From the NCBI GenBank assembly GCA_964627195.1, contig CAZVJU010000003.1, forward strand, positions 14,854-78,853: a DNA stretch of 64,000 nucleotides, in the 5' to 3' direction. Shown here in pieces: positions 48,380 through 58,027 of the stretch. Made by a program: the position numbers and the translations under genes. The first letter of the stretch is position 1; each line of letters opens with the position of its first letter. Under the pieces are notes generated by a model. It worked only from the letters and a program-made list of their open reading frames with translations. It did not search any database and was not told the DNA's origin. The DNA is from an uncultured Gammaproteobacteria bacterium (GTDB lineage: Bacteria; Patescibacteriota; Microgenomatia; UBA8517).

Positions 48380-50089
48380 TTAGTTGCTAACCTTAATATC
48401 CTTAATTTTCAGTTGTATGTTTGTAGACCCGTTCCAAATATTTTCTTCGACAGTAAAGGCAATATCGTAAAACCCTTCCTGCAAAATATTGGAAAAGAAA
48501 TTGCCCCAGCCGAAACCGATCGCCTGAAAAATGTGACCATCTTTTTCTATTACAATTTTTAGATGTTTCCCTTCTTGCCCAACAGTTCTTGCATCGACTA
48601 GTCGAACTCTTCGAGTCGCAAAGGTAGGTGTCGGATTACCGATGCCACTTGGGTCAAATTCTTTGAGTTTGGCAACTAAACTTTCATCAATTAAAGCAAA
48701 AGAAAGCTCGCAATCAATCTTTAATTTTTTAGTTAATAAATCATCTGTCAAAAGTTTCTCCGCAATTTTTTCAAATTTCTCCTGAAAGATCTTAATTTTT
48801 TTCGTTTCAATACTAAACCCTGCAGCCATAGGATGACCCCCGCCACCCAAAATAATACTATCCAGCTTTCTTATCGACTCGATAATATTAAATCCGGAAA
48901 TTGACCGGGCTGAAGCCTTGGAAATTTTCTCGCCGCGCGCGAAAACTATTGCTGGCCGGTAAAACTCTTCAACCAATTTAGCAGCCGCAAGACCTATAAC
49001 TCCCTCGTGGTAGCTTTCATGCGCCAAAACGATTGCTCCTTTCCAAATACTTTTTTGTGCAATATCTCTAGCATGGAAAACCACTTCGTCCACAACTCTT
49101 TGCCGTTCACGATTAGTCTTTCCTATATATTTGGCGAGTTCCCGAGCCTTCTCATAGCTTTTTGTACACAAAAGCCTAAGTGAATCAATTGCATGTTCCA
49201 ATCTTCCCATTGCATTTATTCTGGGAGCAATGACAAAATTAACTTCGTAGGTTCCTATCCCTCTACCATGTAAGACCGTGTCTTTAAAGGTATCTAAACC
49301 AGCCTCTGCAAAAAGCGCTAATAATCCTACTCTTTTTGTTCTGTTTAATTCTTCCAATCCATACTTTGCAAAAGAGCGGTTTACCTCAACGAGCGGAAGT
49401 TGGTCGGCAATTGTTCCGATCCCTGCCAGTTGCAAAGAATTTTGTAGCTGGAAGCTGGCAGCCGGTAGCTTGGACAAAATTTCTCTTGCTAATATCCAGG
49501 CAATACCTGAGCCGCTTATTTTATCTGTATGAATAATCGAATGTGCCTTAGGAAGTTTCTTCCCTTTCTGATGATGATCGGTAACTATAACATCAATACC
49601 CAGATCACTAGCTTTAACAACAGCTTCGTTTGCAACAATTCCGTTATCAACAGTTATTATTAACTTTAGTTTTGGATATTTGGTCTTTAGCTTATTAACA
49701 GATTCGCCATTCAGCCCATAACCTTCGGAGAATCTATCCGGTATATAAGGTAGTACTTTTTTGGTATAGGAGTACAAACATTCCCACAATATTGCAGTTG
49801 CGCAAATCCCATCAGCATCATAATCACCGTAAACTAGTATTTCCTCTTTGTCTTTAATTGCCTTTTGGATTCTTCTTAGCGCTTGTGATATTTCTTTGGC
49901 GCTTATACCTAAACTGTTAATGGTAATCTTTTTGGGATGCACTGATTTAAAAAAGTCCTTTCTTTGTGTGGCAGTCGTCAACCCCCGATTGTCCAAAAGA
50001 ATGGCAATGATATCTTTATTTTTAAGCTCTTTACCTTTTTTACTATCGGGTTTATATACTATTTCCCAAATTACATCTTTATTTTTCAT
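48380..50089 (-). CDS. recJ: ssDNA-specific exonuclease RecJ
   Basis: YGDYDADG, TVDNG, TDHH, PRINAMGR, GGGHPMAAG. Confidence 0.96.
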   Translation of the reverse strand: MKNKDVIWEIVYKPDSKKGKELKNKDIIAILLDNRGLTTATQRKDFFKSVHPKKITINSLGISAKEISQALRRIQKAIKDKEEILVYGDYDADGICATAILWECLYSYTKKVLPYIPDRFSEGYGLNGESVNKLKTKYPKLKLIITVDNGIVANEAVVKASDLGIDVIVTDHHQKGKKLPKAHSIIHTDKISGSGIAWILAREILSKLPAASFQLQNSLQLAGIGTIADQLPLVEVNRSFAKYGLEELNRTKRVGLLALFAEAGLDTFKDTVLHGRGIGTYEVNFVIAPRINAMGRLEHAIDSLRLLCTKSYEKARELAKYIGKTNRERQRVVDEVVFHARDIAQKSIWKGAIVLAHESYHEGVIGLAAAKLVEEFYRPAIVFARGEKISKASARSISGFNIIESIRKLDSIILGGGGHPMAAGFSIETKKIKIFQEKFEKIAEKLLTDDLLTKKLKIDCELSFALIDESLVAKLKEFDPSGIGNPTPTFATRRVRLVDARTVGQEGKHLKIVIEKDGHIFQAIGFGWGNFFSNILQEGFYDIAFTVEENIWNGSTNIQLKIKDIKVSN

Positions 50090-50139
50090 ACGAAGTTACG
50101 AACTAACCAAATAACTAATATCTGAAGTATAATAGTATC

Positions 50140-51561
50140 ATGCCGAAAGTAGAAATACCCTCAAAAGTTAAAGAAATTATAGAAACATTTGACAAAGCCG
50201 GCTACGAAATTTATCTGGTCGGAGGTGCAGTGCGCGATATCTTCATGGGGAAATTAGTTTACGACTGGGACTTCACAACTGATGCTACACCAGAACAAAT
50301 ACTTAAGCTTTTTGATAACGCATACTACACTAACGACTTCGGAATGGTCGGAATACCAAGCGACAAAGAAGATGAGAGGCCGTACGAAATAACAACCTTT
50401 AGAACTGAGTATGGCTATTCTGATGCACGACGGCCCGACAAAGTGCAGTGGGGAAAAACACTGGAAGAAGATCTGAAGCGCAGGGATTTCACGATAAATG
50501 CAATGGCTTTGCAGCTAAAAGCTGCAGAACAAAATACAAAGGACAAAGGACAAAGGAATTCCTCTTTGGGCTTTGTTGTTTGCACTTTGCGCTTAATAGA
50601 TATATTTGATGGTCAATCTGATATTAAAAATAAGCTCATCCGTGCTGTCGGAGACCCCACTGAGCGTTTTTCCGAAGACGCGCTTCGCATGCTTCGCGCA
50701 CTGCGCATCGCTTCCGAGTTAGGTTTTAGAATTGAGGAAAATACTTTCAAAGCAATTCAGGTAAACGCCGCTTCAATCACTAAAATCTCAAAAGAAAGAG
50801 TCAGAGACGAAATTATTAAAATTCTCAAGTCAACACATCCTTATGATGGCATCTTACTTCTCAAAAACTCACTTTTAATGCAGGAGGTCCTACCGGAAAT
50901 GGAAAAAACGTTCGGAGTAGAACAAAAATCACCCGGCAGACATCATATTTATGACGTCGGAACACACAGCCTTTTTTCGTTTAAATACGTCTCGGAAAAA
51001 AATTCGGATCCTATTGTCCGCTTGGCAACTTTAATCCATGACATCGGTAAACCTCAAACTTACAAAAAGCTGGATACCGGAGTAATTACTTTTTATAACC
51101 ACGAAATTATTAGCGCTCAAATCGCAAAACGCATTGCTGACCGGCTGCGTTTTTCCAGTAAAGATAAGGAAAAACTGTACACCTTAGTGAGATATCATCA
51201 ATTCAGTGTCGATGAACGCCAGACTGATTCAGCGCTACGAAGATTTATCCGAAAAGTCGGCTTGGAAAATATCCCTGACATGCTTGATTTGAGAATCGGG
51301 GATAGATTAGGCGGAGGTGCGAGAGAGACTTCCTGGCGACTTGAAGAATTTAAAAAACGCCTAATTGAAGTTCAAAAGCAACCTTTTACTGTCCGCGATT
51401 TGAAAATAGACGGTAATGATGTGATGAAAATTCTGGGAATTGCCCCCGGGCCGGAGGTTGGTGAAGTACTCCAGAAACTATTCGATTACGTAGTTGAAGG
51501 CAAAATTGCCAACGAGAAAGAAATTTTAGTGGAAAGATTAAAGGAACTCAAGAAAGGTTAG
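50140..51561 (+). CDS. cca: CCA tRNA nucleotidyltransferase with HD domain
   Basis: VGGAVRD..DWDFTT, RRDFTINAMA, EDALR.LRA.R, HDIGK. Confidence 0.9.
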   Translation: MPKVEIPSKVKEIIETFDKAGYEIYLVGGAVRDIFMGKLVYDWDFTTDATPEQILKLFDNAYYTNDFGMVGIPSDKEDERPYEITTFRTEYGYSDARRPDKVQWGKTLEEDLKRRDFTINAMALQLKAAEQNTKDKGQRNSSLGFVVCTLRLIDIFDGQSDIKNKLIRAVGDPTERFSEDALRMLRALRIASELGFRIEENTFKAIQVNAASITKISKERVRDEIIKILKSTHPYDGILLLKNSLLMQEVLPEMEKTFGVEQKSPGRHHIYDVGTHSLFSFKYVSEKNSDPIVRLATLIHDIGKPQTYKKLDTGVITFYNHEIISAQIAKRIADRLRFSSKDKEKLYTLVRYHQFSVDERQTDSALRRFIRKVGLENIPDMLDLRIGDRLGGGARETSWRLEEFKKRLIEVQKQPFTVRDLKIDGNDVMKILGIAPGPEVGEVLQKLFDYVVEGKIANEKEILVERLKELKKG

Positions 51562-51569
51562 TAAATAAC

Positions 51570-51595
51570 GTTACAATGATTCAAATCATTGTAAC
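51570..51595. terminator. Inverted repeat after cca
   Basis: GTTACAATGATT-CA-AATCATTGTAAC. Confidence 0.5.
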
Positions 51596-51634
51596 AAAAT
51601 AAATCCAAAACTTATCAATAGGGATCGCACACTT

Positions 51635-51931
51635 ATGTTGGAAAAGAGCGCAAAAATAGTAAGGGCTTTTGATGCTGATTTGACCGGGATTATATCCCAA
51701 TTTTTTAAACGTTATGCACCTTTAAAAGAGCTTCCATTCTTTACGTCGCATCTTACTGACTTTACGAAGATAATAGTCTATAGCCTTTTTATTCTTATCC
51801 CTCTCCTTTTCCTGAAAATACTGTTTCCCTACAAAAGACGCTTCACCTATCCTATCTTTTTTGTCCTCGGAGTAATCGGTATTTCTTTAGTAGGAATTTT
51901 CTTAGGCTTCATGCAACTCCTATACGCTTAA
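51635..51931 (+). CDS. Small membrane protein
   Basis: Two hydrophobic segments; 98 aa. Confidence 0.5.
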   Translation: MLEKSAKIVRAFDADLTGIISQFFKRYAPLKELPFFTSHLTDFTKIIVYSLFILIPLLFLKILFPYKRRFTYPIFFVLGVIGISLVGIFLGFMQLLYA

Positions 51932-51934
51932 AAA

Positions 51935-52777
51935 CTAAGGTAGGGTTTCGCAGACTTGTCCATCGCCGTCGCGATCGAGTTTGTGAACGTCATTGGCAGT
52001 TCCACCACAGGCCTCAAACGCAGATTGAGCTTCTGCCTGAGTCTTAAAATCCGTGCAGTTATAGGTATTCTTGCCACATTCCCATGTTCCTGCGGACTGT
52101 ATCACTGTAACGACTGGTTTTGTGATATCAGCTTCTCTACTTCCACTTTGTCCGGCATTTTCACTTGAATCATTTGCGCACTTACTCCAAAGGCCGCGAT
52201 TTTTCTCCCGAGCATCTTTTTCTGCTTGTCTAAATAAGTCCGAGTACGCTACATCCGGCGGGTAAGTGGCGGCAGTCGCATATCCCTCGTATACCAAATT
52301 CTCATTAACAAAAATCCCTTGCCTCACCGTAGTATCTTGCGAAGGCGGGTCAACATAAACATACCGCAATAATCTCCCATACCTATCTGTCTCCGAAACG
52401 TCTTTTTCCAGACGAACTTCTTTACCCAAAACGAGCTCCTTATTTCTCGCAGTTGCTTCATCGGCAAAGCATTCTTTTCCTTGTGAAACTTCCGGAGTAT
52501 CAATACCGATATAGCGCAGAGTTTTTCCGCTATCTAAAACAATCGTATCTCCATCGACAACTTTAACCACTTTTACTAAATCTGAATTTTCAACCTGCTC
52601 GCCTATTACTTTCGGAGTAGCTTGAAAATTGCCACTTTGGACAGAGTCCGACACGCCATTCTCCGACAAGTCTTGAACAACAGGCCTTTTAACTTTTGCT
52701 ACCAATACAAAAATAAGAAGTGCATTAAGAAGAATTGAAATAACGCTAATGAGTTTTCTTTTAGTCATCACCCTCAA
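51935..52777 (-). CDS. Thermonuclease (SNase) with Excalibur Ca-binding domain
   Basis: VVDGDT, RYIGIDTPE, DRYGRLLRYV; NC.DF...LDRDGDG.VCE. Confidence 0.92.
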   Translation of the reverse strand: MRVMTKRKLISVISILLNALLIFVLVAKVKRPVVQDLSENGVSDSVQSGNFQATPKVIGEQVENSDLVKVVKVVDGDTIVLDSGKTLRYIGIDTPEVSQGKECFADEATARNKELVLGKEVRLEKDVSETDRYGRLLRYVYVDPPSQDTTVRQGIFVNENLVYEGYATAATYPPDVAYSDLFRQAEKDAREKNRGLWSKCANDSSENAGQSGSREADITKPVVTVIQSAGTWECGKNTYNCTDFKTQAEAQSAFEACGGTANDVHKLDRDGDGQVCETLP

Positions 52778-52818
52778 TTTTAGCCTATGTATGATATATC
52801 AATATATGTAACATTTGA

Positions 52819-53694
52819 CTACTTTTTAAGACGTAACTTCTGAGAAACCTCATCCCAGATTACAAGAAGCGGGACAGCGACAAATGGTGAGGAATAAGTT
52901 CCCAGTACTGTCCCTATAAAAAGGGCGATAGCAAACCATTTTACAGTTGACCCCCCAAGAAGAATAAGTGCAAAGAGCATAAAGATTATGGTGAAAGAGT
53001 TATTCAAAGAACGAACCATTGTTTGGCTAACTGCTTTATTGGCCAGATCAACTAAGTTGCCTCCAACTTTTTTCTGAGATTCTCTGATCCGGTCATAAAC
53101 AACGATTGTATCGTGAACGGAAAACGACAGAGTAGTTAAAACCGCCGTAACAAAAAGAAAATCAACCTCGGCTGAAAAAAAATGACCGAAAAGGGCAAAC
53201 AAACCGATTAAGTTGAATGTATCATGAAACATCGCGAGAATAGCCGACGTACCAAACATAAAACTTTTAAATTGATAAGCAACCCAGAAAAGTAAAAGTC
53301 CCGCAGCAATACCTATGGCAATGAAAGTCTTTTTAATTAACTCCGGTCCGATGGATGGACCAACCGTTTCAAAACGCAACTCTTCAAAGCTCTTGCCTGT
53401 CTTATCCAACGCAGATTTAAATTTATCTTTTTCCTCAGTGTTTAAAGGGGACAAACGAAAAACGTATTGATTTTCCCCTGTTATTTGAATAGAGGAAACT
53501 TCAATACCTTCGCCCTCGACATTTTTTGAAACTTCTTCTGTAGAAATAGCTTCCTGGAATTTATATTCCGCTATCGTTCCTCCTTTAAAATCTACTCCGA
53601 GATTAAATCCCCACGCAAGTAAACTGTAAAGTCCGACGGCAATCAGTATGCCTGAAATTACAAAATAAATTTTTTTATACTTCATCCAGTCCAT
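52819..53694 (-). CDS. secF: Protein translocase subunit SecF
   Basis: GVDFKGG, VGPSIG.EL, HDTIVVYDRIRE, GTYSS. Confidence 0.95.
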   Translation of the reverse strand: MDWMKYKKIYFVISGILIAVGLYSLLAWGFNLGVDFKGGTIAEYKFQEAISTEEVSKNVEGEGIEVSSIQITGENQYVFRLSPLNTEEKDKFKSALDKTGKSFEELRFETVGPSIGPELIKKTFIAIGIAAGLLLFWVAYQFKSFMFGTSAILAMFHDTFNLIGLFALFGHFFSAEVDFLFVTAVLTTLSFSVHDTIVVYDRIRESQKKVGGNLVDLANKAVSQTMVRSLNNSFTIIFMLFALILLGGSTVKWFAIALFIGTVLGTYSSPFVAVPLLVIWDEVSQKLRLKK

Positions 53695-53700
53695 AAGTTG

Positions 53701-55026
53701 CTATCGCTCCTTAATAAATACCCTTAACAAATTTCTCGAAACAACAATGCCTGTAAACAAACTGATTGCAATTCCGAGAGATAAGGTAATTGCAAACCCT
53801 CTTACAGGACCCGACGTGTGGAGATATGACAAATCCAAGGGGTTTGCCAGGATAAAAGCGGTAACCAGGGTTGCGATATTTGCATCTCTTATCGACTCCC
53901 AAGCTCTCCCAAACGAAACTTCCAAAGCATTAGCGTAAGTCCTTTTAATCCTTTCCTCTTTAAATCTTTCAAAAATTAAAATGTTCGAGTCCACTGCCAT
54001 ACCAACTGATAAAAGAAATCCAGCTATGCCAGGCAAGGTAAGGACAACAGGAATAAGTTTATAAAGAGCCAGAGTCAAAAGCCCGAAGATGATAAGTGCA
54101 ATGTCAGCTACAACTCCCAACTTTCCGTAGGCCAGTATCATGAAAAGTAGCACCATAAAAAGGCCAACCAATCCTGCTCGTATGCTTTTGATAACAGATT
54201 CGGAACCTAGGGTTGCCCCGACTGTGCGCTGTTCGACTAAATTAACTGTAACCGGAAGTGCACCAGCGTTCAGCTGAATTGCCAGATTTCTGGCCGCATC
54301 TAGAGTAAAATCACCGGATATTATTGCTGAGCCACCGGTAATTTTTTCTTGGACAATCGGCGAGGAAACCGGAACAGTGTCAAGAAAAATGTGAACCGGT
54401 TTTCCAACATTCCTCTCTGTAATGTCTGCAAACTTTTGTGCACCGGCGGCGTTAAATTCTAAAGATACCACCGGTTTTCCGGTATTTGTATCAAAAGTAA
54501 CTGCTGCCTTTTTCAAGTCCGCTCCTGTAAGATCAGTCGGTTTGTAAAATGTCGGATCTTCTTCTGTACCGGGTTCAGCAAACATCAGTTGAGCAGTTTG
54601 ACCAATGATTTCGATTGATTGCCGGGTATCTTTTACTCCAGGAAGTTCAACAATTACCCTATCTTTACCTTCAAAAGAAGAAATCTGAACATTGGGTTCA
54701 GAAACTCCGAAAAGATTGACTCTTCGCTCGATAACATTTCGTAGACTCTCCAGGGCTGTCTTTCTGTCAGTTGCCGATAGTCCGCTAGTTTGCGCTTCAA
54801 AAACAAGGTGGCTTCCACCTGCTAAATCAAGCCCAAGAACCAAATCGAAATTTTTACGGAGAGAAATTTTCCCTAAGTCAAAGTTTAAACCCGGCCGTAC
54901 GATATTCTTTTCTAAATTTATCGGTCCCCTTTGGAAATTTACTGAAATTTCAGGAGGCAAACTGATATATCCAGCTACCAAGGTTAATACAAAAATAAAT
55001 ATGACTTTGCGAAGTGGGGTAAACAT
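53701..55026 (-). CDS. secD: Protein translocase subunit SecD
   Basis: LGLDLAGG, RRVN.FGVSEP, GALPV, GMAVDSNILIFER. Confidence 0.95.
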   Translation of the reverse strand: MFTPLRKVIFIFVLTLVAGYISLPPEISVNFQRGPINLEKNIVRPGLNFDLGKISLRKNFDLVLGLDLAGGSHLVFEAQTSGLSATDRKTALESLRNVIERRVNLFGVSEPNVQISSFEGKDRVIVELPGVKDTRQSIEIIGQTAQLMFAEPGTEEDPTFYKPTDLTGADLKKAAVTFDTNTGKPVVSLEFNAAGAQKFADITERNVGKPVHIFLDTVPVSSPIVQEKITGGSAIISGDFTLDAARNLAIQLNAGALPVTVNLVEQRTVGATLGSESVIKSIRAGLVGLFMVLLFMILAYGKLGVVADIALIIFGLLTLALYKLIPVVLTLPGIAGFLLSVGMAVDSNILIFERFKEERIKRTYANALEVSFGRAWESIRDANIATLVTAFILANPLDLSYLHTSGPVRGFAITLSLGIAISLFTGIVVSRNLLRVFIKER

Positions 55027-55031
55027 TATTA

Positions 55032-55616
55032 TCAGCCGACCAACTCTGCTTCATCTCCAATAACCATAATCCTACTTCCGGAAAGAATTCCGGACAAGAA
55101 GGGATCACGCCGTTTTTTTCTAAATTCAAATTCTTCTCTGCTCATCACAGTATAATTTATTTCCTTGCCGCGTTTTGACTCCTCTTTCCGAATTATGGCC
55201 GCAAGCTCCGGCAAAACTATCTCTCCTACAACAAGGATATCAACATCCTCATCGTGTTTTTTCTCTTTTCTCCTAACAAATCGCCCCGAAAACATGATAA
55301 AACTTACCTTACCAATTTTATTTTTGTTTGTAATTATGTCAGCCCCCAGACCTTTAGTCTTGGCAACAATTGACATTAGATCGCCAAAAAGGGGGTAGTC
55401 TGTCCGCATCCAGTAATACAATCTGTTTCCTCGAGACTCTTTCTTTACTAGTGCCGCTTTTTCAAATCTATCTAACTCCCGTCTGACAGCATTAATTTCT
55501 TCATGAATCTCACGAACTATCCCTCTAACATGATAAATTTCGCTTGTATCAGCTAAAAAAAGCTCCAATATCTTTATTCTTACTTTCGAAGTAATTATAT
55601 CTGACAAATCGGCCAT
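55032..55616 (-). CDS. wHTH + nucleotidyltransferase-like domain protein
   Basis: YHVRGI.R...EEINAVRREL HTH; SG.F......DVDILVVG; REINY-like motif. Confidence 0.7.
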   Translation of the reverse strand: MADLSDIITSKVRIKILELFLADTSEIYHVRGIVREIHEEINAVRRELDRFEKAALVKKESRGNRLYYWMRTDYPLFGDLMSIVAKTKGLGADIITNKNKIGKVSFIMFSGRFVRRKEKKHDEDVDILVVGEIVLPELAAIIRKEESKRGKEINYTVMSREEFEFRKKRRDPFLSGILSGSRIMVIGDEAELVG

Positions 55617-55644
55617 TTATTTGAGGGCAGAAAAACGCGAGTCG

Positions 55645-56880
55645 TTAATAACTTATATCATTTCCTGCTGGAACAGCTTCAATCCAAATTTCTCCGCGAA
55701 CGAAAGTTATTTCAGCTCCTTTAGAATCAAAAAACCTCGTTCTATCGTTCTGAGTTCTTTTCTTCCAAGCAGCTTCTACTACATCTCCGTTTTGGAATAC
55801 CAGTGCCTTACCTTCGCCGGTTGTGGTATAGAACATGTGACCCTCTTTGTCAACTTCACCCCGCTCTTTAACAAATTGAATTACAACATTCTTAGTGCTA
55901 ATAGTCTGTTTGGTCTCAAAATCCTGATGCTCTTTACCTCCATTGAGCCGAATATACTTATTGCCTGTCTTGTCATACTTCCAACTCACATCATAGTCTC
56001 CCTTGTTGCTCCAAAATTCAAAAGAGATATCAGTATATTTGGAGTCGGTTAAAGGTTTCTCATCGGCAAATTTCCAACCTACAAAATTCTTAGTCCATGG
56101 ATCACCTTTAGAGTCTTCATATGCAAAACCCCTCTTTGTAGCTTCTTCAAATATTTTGTCCGTGTAGCCTTCATACGAATGCTCCCAAGCGGCTTTTTCT
56201 CCCAAGCGATATTGATTCCTAACTACTGCCGGCACACCCAAATTCGTACCTGCATCCATTGCATTCCCCTGTGAAACCCTCCAACCCAATTTAGCAAGAA
56301 GTTTAAAGGCATCAACTTCCGGTGCTATATCACCTCTGGGTTTAACTCCTGAAGGACAATTCACCGGATCATTGCAGATATTGTTTGCTCCGCCAGAATG
56401 CACAAAAATGGGATACTTACTGTATTCTGCCGCCCAGTCAACAAAATAAACGCGCACGCTTCGGATTGGCGCAATTCTTATATCTTTGACAGACGTGCCG
56501 CAATAAAGTACTGCCAAAAATCTTGTTATCCCACCTTCCGCTACAGCTTCATAAACTACGTCAGCGTATGATAAGCCCGACTGTGGTCTCGCCTCTAAAC
56601 TATTCTCAACCATGGCAGTCATAGGCCGCCGACTCTCCCATATATCTCTTTCCGGTTTACTAAACATTTTCCCATTTATCGGACATTCTTCAGTTTTTGG
56701 TAAATTCGGATCTATTCTTTCTCTACCTTCAGCAACGACTTTCTCAACTTCCTCAAGTCCACCCTTCATGGAAGAAAACAGTGCCCAAGAAGTACCTAGC
56801 GAAAACAAATAAAGGCCCAATAAACTTACAAAAACTCTGAAGCTTTTAGCTGAAATTAATTGTAAAATCTTGTCTTTCAT
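55645..56880 (-). CDS. DUF3048 family protein
   Basis: RP...MVEN...ARPQSGL..ADVVYE..AEGGITRF, PIRS.R. Confidence 0.88.
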   Translation of the reverse strand: MKDKILQLISAKSFRVFVSLLGLYLFSLGTSWALFSSMKGGLEEVEKVVAEGRERIDPNLPKTEECPINGKMFSKPERDIWESRRPMTAMVENSLEARPQSGLSYADVVYEAVAEGGITRFLAVLYCGTSVKDIRIAPIRSVRVYFVDWAAEYSKYPIFVHSGGANNICNDPVNCPSGVKPRGDIAPEVDAFKLLAKLGWRVSQGNAMDAGTNLGVPAVVRNQYRLGEKAAWEHSYEGYTDKIFEEATKRGFAYEDSKGDPWTKNFVGWKFADEKPLTDSKYTDISFEFWSNKGDYDVSWKYDKTGNKYIRLNGGKEHQDFETKQTISTKNVVIQFVKERGEVDKEGHMFYTTTGEGKALVFQNGDVVEAAWKKRTQNDRTRFFDSKGAEITFVRGEIWIEAVPAGNDISY

Positions 56881-57362
56881 ACTGGTTTGCTCTTTAATGC
56901 TAATTTTAGACTCTTTTTCTCCTCTTCCGAAAGCTCTAGTTCACCTTTCCCGGTCTTTATACTTTTGACATACACTCTTGTCCTTTCACGCGTATGCAGT
57001 CCTGTTATTATAACTCCATTTTCGTTGGCATCCAAAAGTGCTAATGCAAAACTATGGTCCCCGCCAAGTTCTTTAAAGGGGTTAAACCTAACCAAACCTA
57101 CTTTTTGAACGTGTACCCTTTCCTCTTTCTCAAACCTTCTTAATATGCTAAAAACCTCGCTGAGATTTTTACTGTTCTCTTGCTCTTTTTCAAGCACTTT
57201 TTCAAGAATTGTAATAAGGTTATCCTTACCGACATCTCGCGAGAGCTGTCTGAAATGCCGTAGGGTTTGAATTACTATGGCAGTGAGCACTCCAAGCCAT
57301 ACAAAAACAAAAATCTGGATAAACAGATTTGTTGCCGGCGTAAAGAAAACTACATCTTGCAT
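56877..57362 (-). CDS. DUF4446 family protein
   Basis: QKVGLVRFNPF...GGD.SF.LALLD, LSEEE. Confidence 0.85.
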   Translation of the reverse strand: MQDVVFFTPATNLFIQIFVFVWLGVLTAIVIQTLRHFRQLSRDVGKDNLITILEKVLEKEQENSKNLSEVFSILRRFEKEERVHVQKVGLVRFNPFKELGGDHSFALALLDANENGVIITGLHTRERTRVYVKSIKTGKGELELSEEEKKSLKLALKSKPV

Positions 57363-57478
57363 ATGGTAAAGAACTTGATGGGTAAATTAATGACTCAAAC
57401 ATTTTTACATCTTGTCATAAGCCTGTCAAGAAGGTATAAACAAGTTGATTTGCTCCGACCGATTAAGACGGAGTTAAA

Positions 57479-57775
57479 ATGAAAGAGGTAATGACTAAAA
57501 GACGCACACGAAAACAAAAAGAAAAAGCCAAACACACGTTCACAATTAGCTGGGACGGAGGCTACAAAGAAAGATCCGCAGATTCGAGTGTCAAGAGGCA
57601 ATTAGCAAGGCCTTCGAGGCAATCTCCAAGTAAAATTGCCGAAGACGAAAAAGCCAAACTTTTGGTAAAAGATGTGAATTTAGCTTCAACGAAGAAAGAT
57701 ATTATCAAAAGTTTGATTCTGGCTGGCTTCATTCTCGCTTCGGAAGTAGTGCTATACTTGGTTTGGAAGGTTTAA
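57479..57775 (+). CDS. Basic hypothetical protein with C-terminal TM
   Basis: KRRTRKQK N-terminus; KKDIIKSL + TM. Confidence 0.6.
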   Translation: MKEVMTKRRTRKQKEKAKHTFTISWDGGYKERSADSSVKRQLARPSRQSPSKIAEDEKAKLLVKDVNLASTKKDIIKSLILAGFILASEVVLYLVWKV

Positions 57776-57814
57776 AATCTTCTGCCCTAACGAGAGGAGG
57801 TGAAGTTCATAAAT

Positions 57815-57952
57815 ATGTATTGTGTAAAATGTAGAGCAAAAAGAGAAGGTAAGAATCAGGAAACTGTCACAATGAAAAATGGCAAGAAAGCAATGAGAGC
57901 TGTCTGTGAGGTTTGTGGCACCAAGATGTTCAAAATCATGGGTAATGCCTAA
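57815..57952 (+). CDS. DUF5679-like small zinc-ribbon protein (45 aa, absent from ORF track)
   Basis: MYCVKCRAKREGKNQETVTMKNGKKAMRAVCEVCGTKMFKIMGNA; strong GGAGGTGA RBS. Confidence 0.88.
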   Translation: MYCVKCRAKREGKNQETVTMKNGKKAMRAVCEVCGTKMFKIMGNA

Positions 57953-57978
57953 TCTTCTTTTTTCAAAAGAAACTTTCA

Positions 57979-58007
57979 AGAGAACCGAGCATGACTTGGT
58001 TCTCTTG
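57979..58007 (+). terminator. Hairpin terminator
   Basis: AAGAGAACCGAG...CTTGGTTCTCTT stem. Confidence 0.55.
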
Positions 58008-58027
58008 GTTTAAAAATATTTGTATAT

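Noticed and set aside
55032-55616. wHTH-NTase as a toxin-antitoxin component
   Set aside because: No adjacent HEPN or toxin partner; it is embedded in the DUF3048-secDF gene run.
57752-57979. 75-aa minus-strand ORF
   Set aside because: Antisense shadow of the DUF5679-like gene, which has a strong RBS and paired CxxC motifs.
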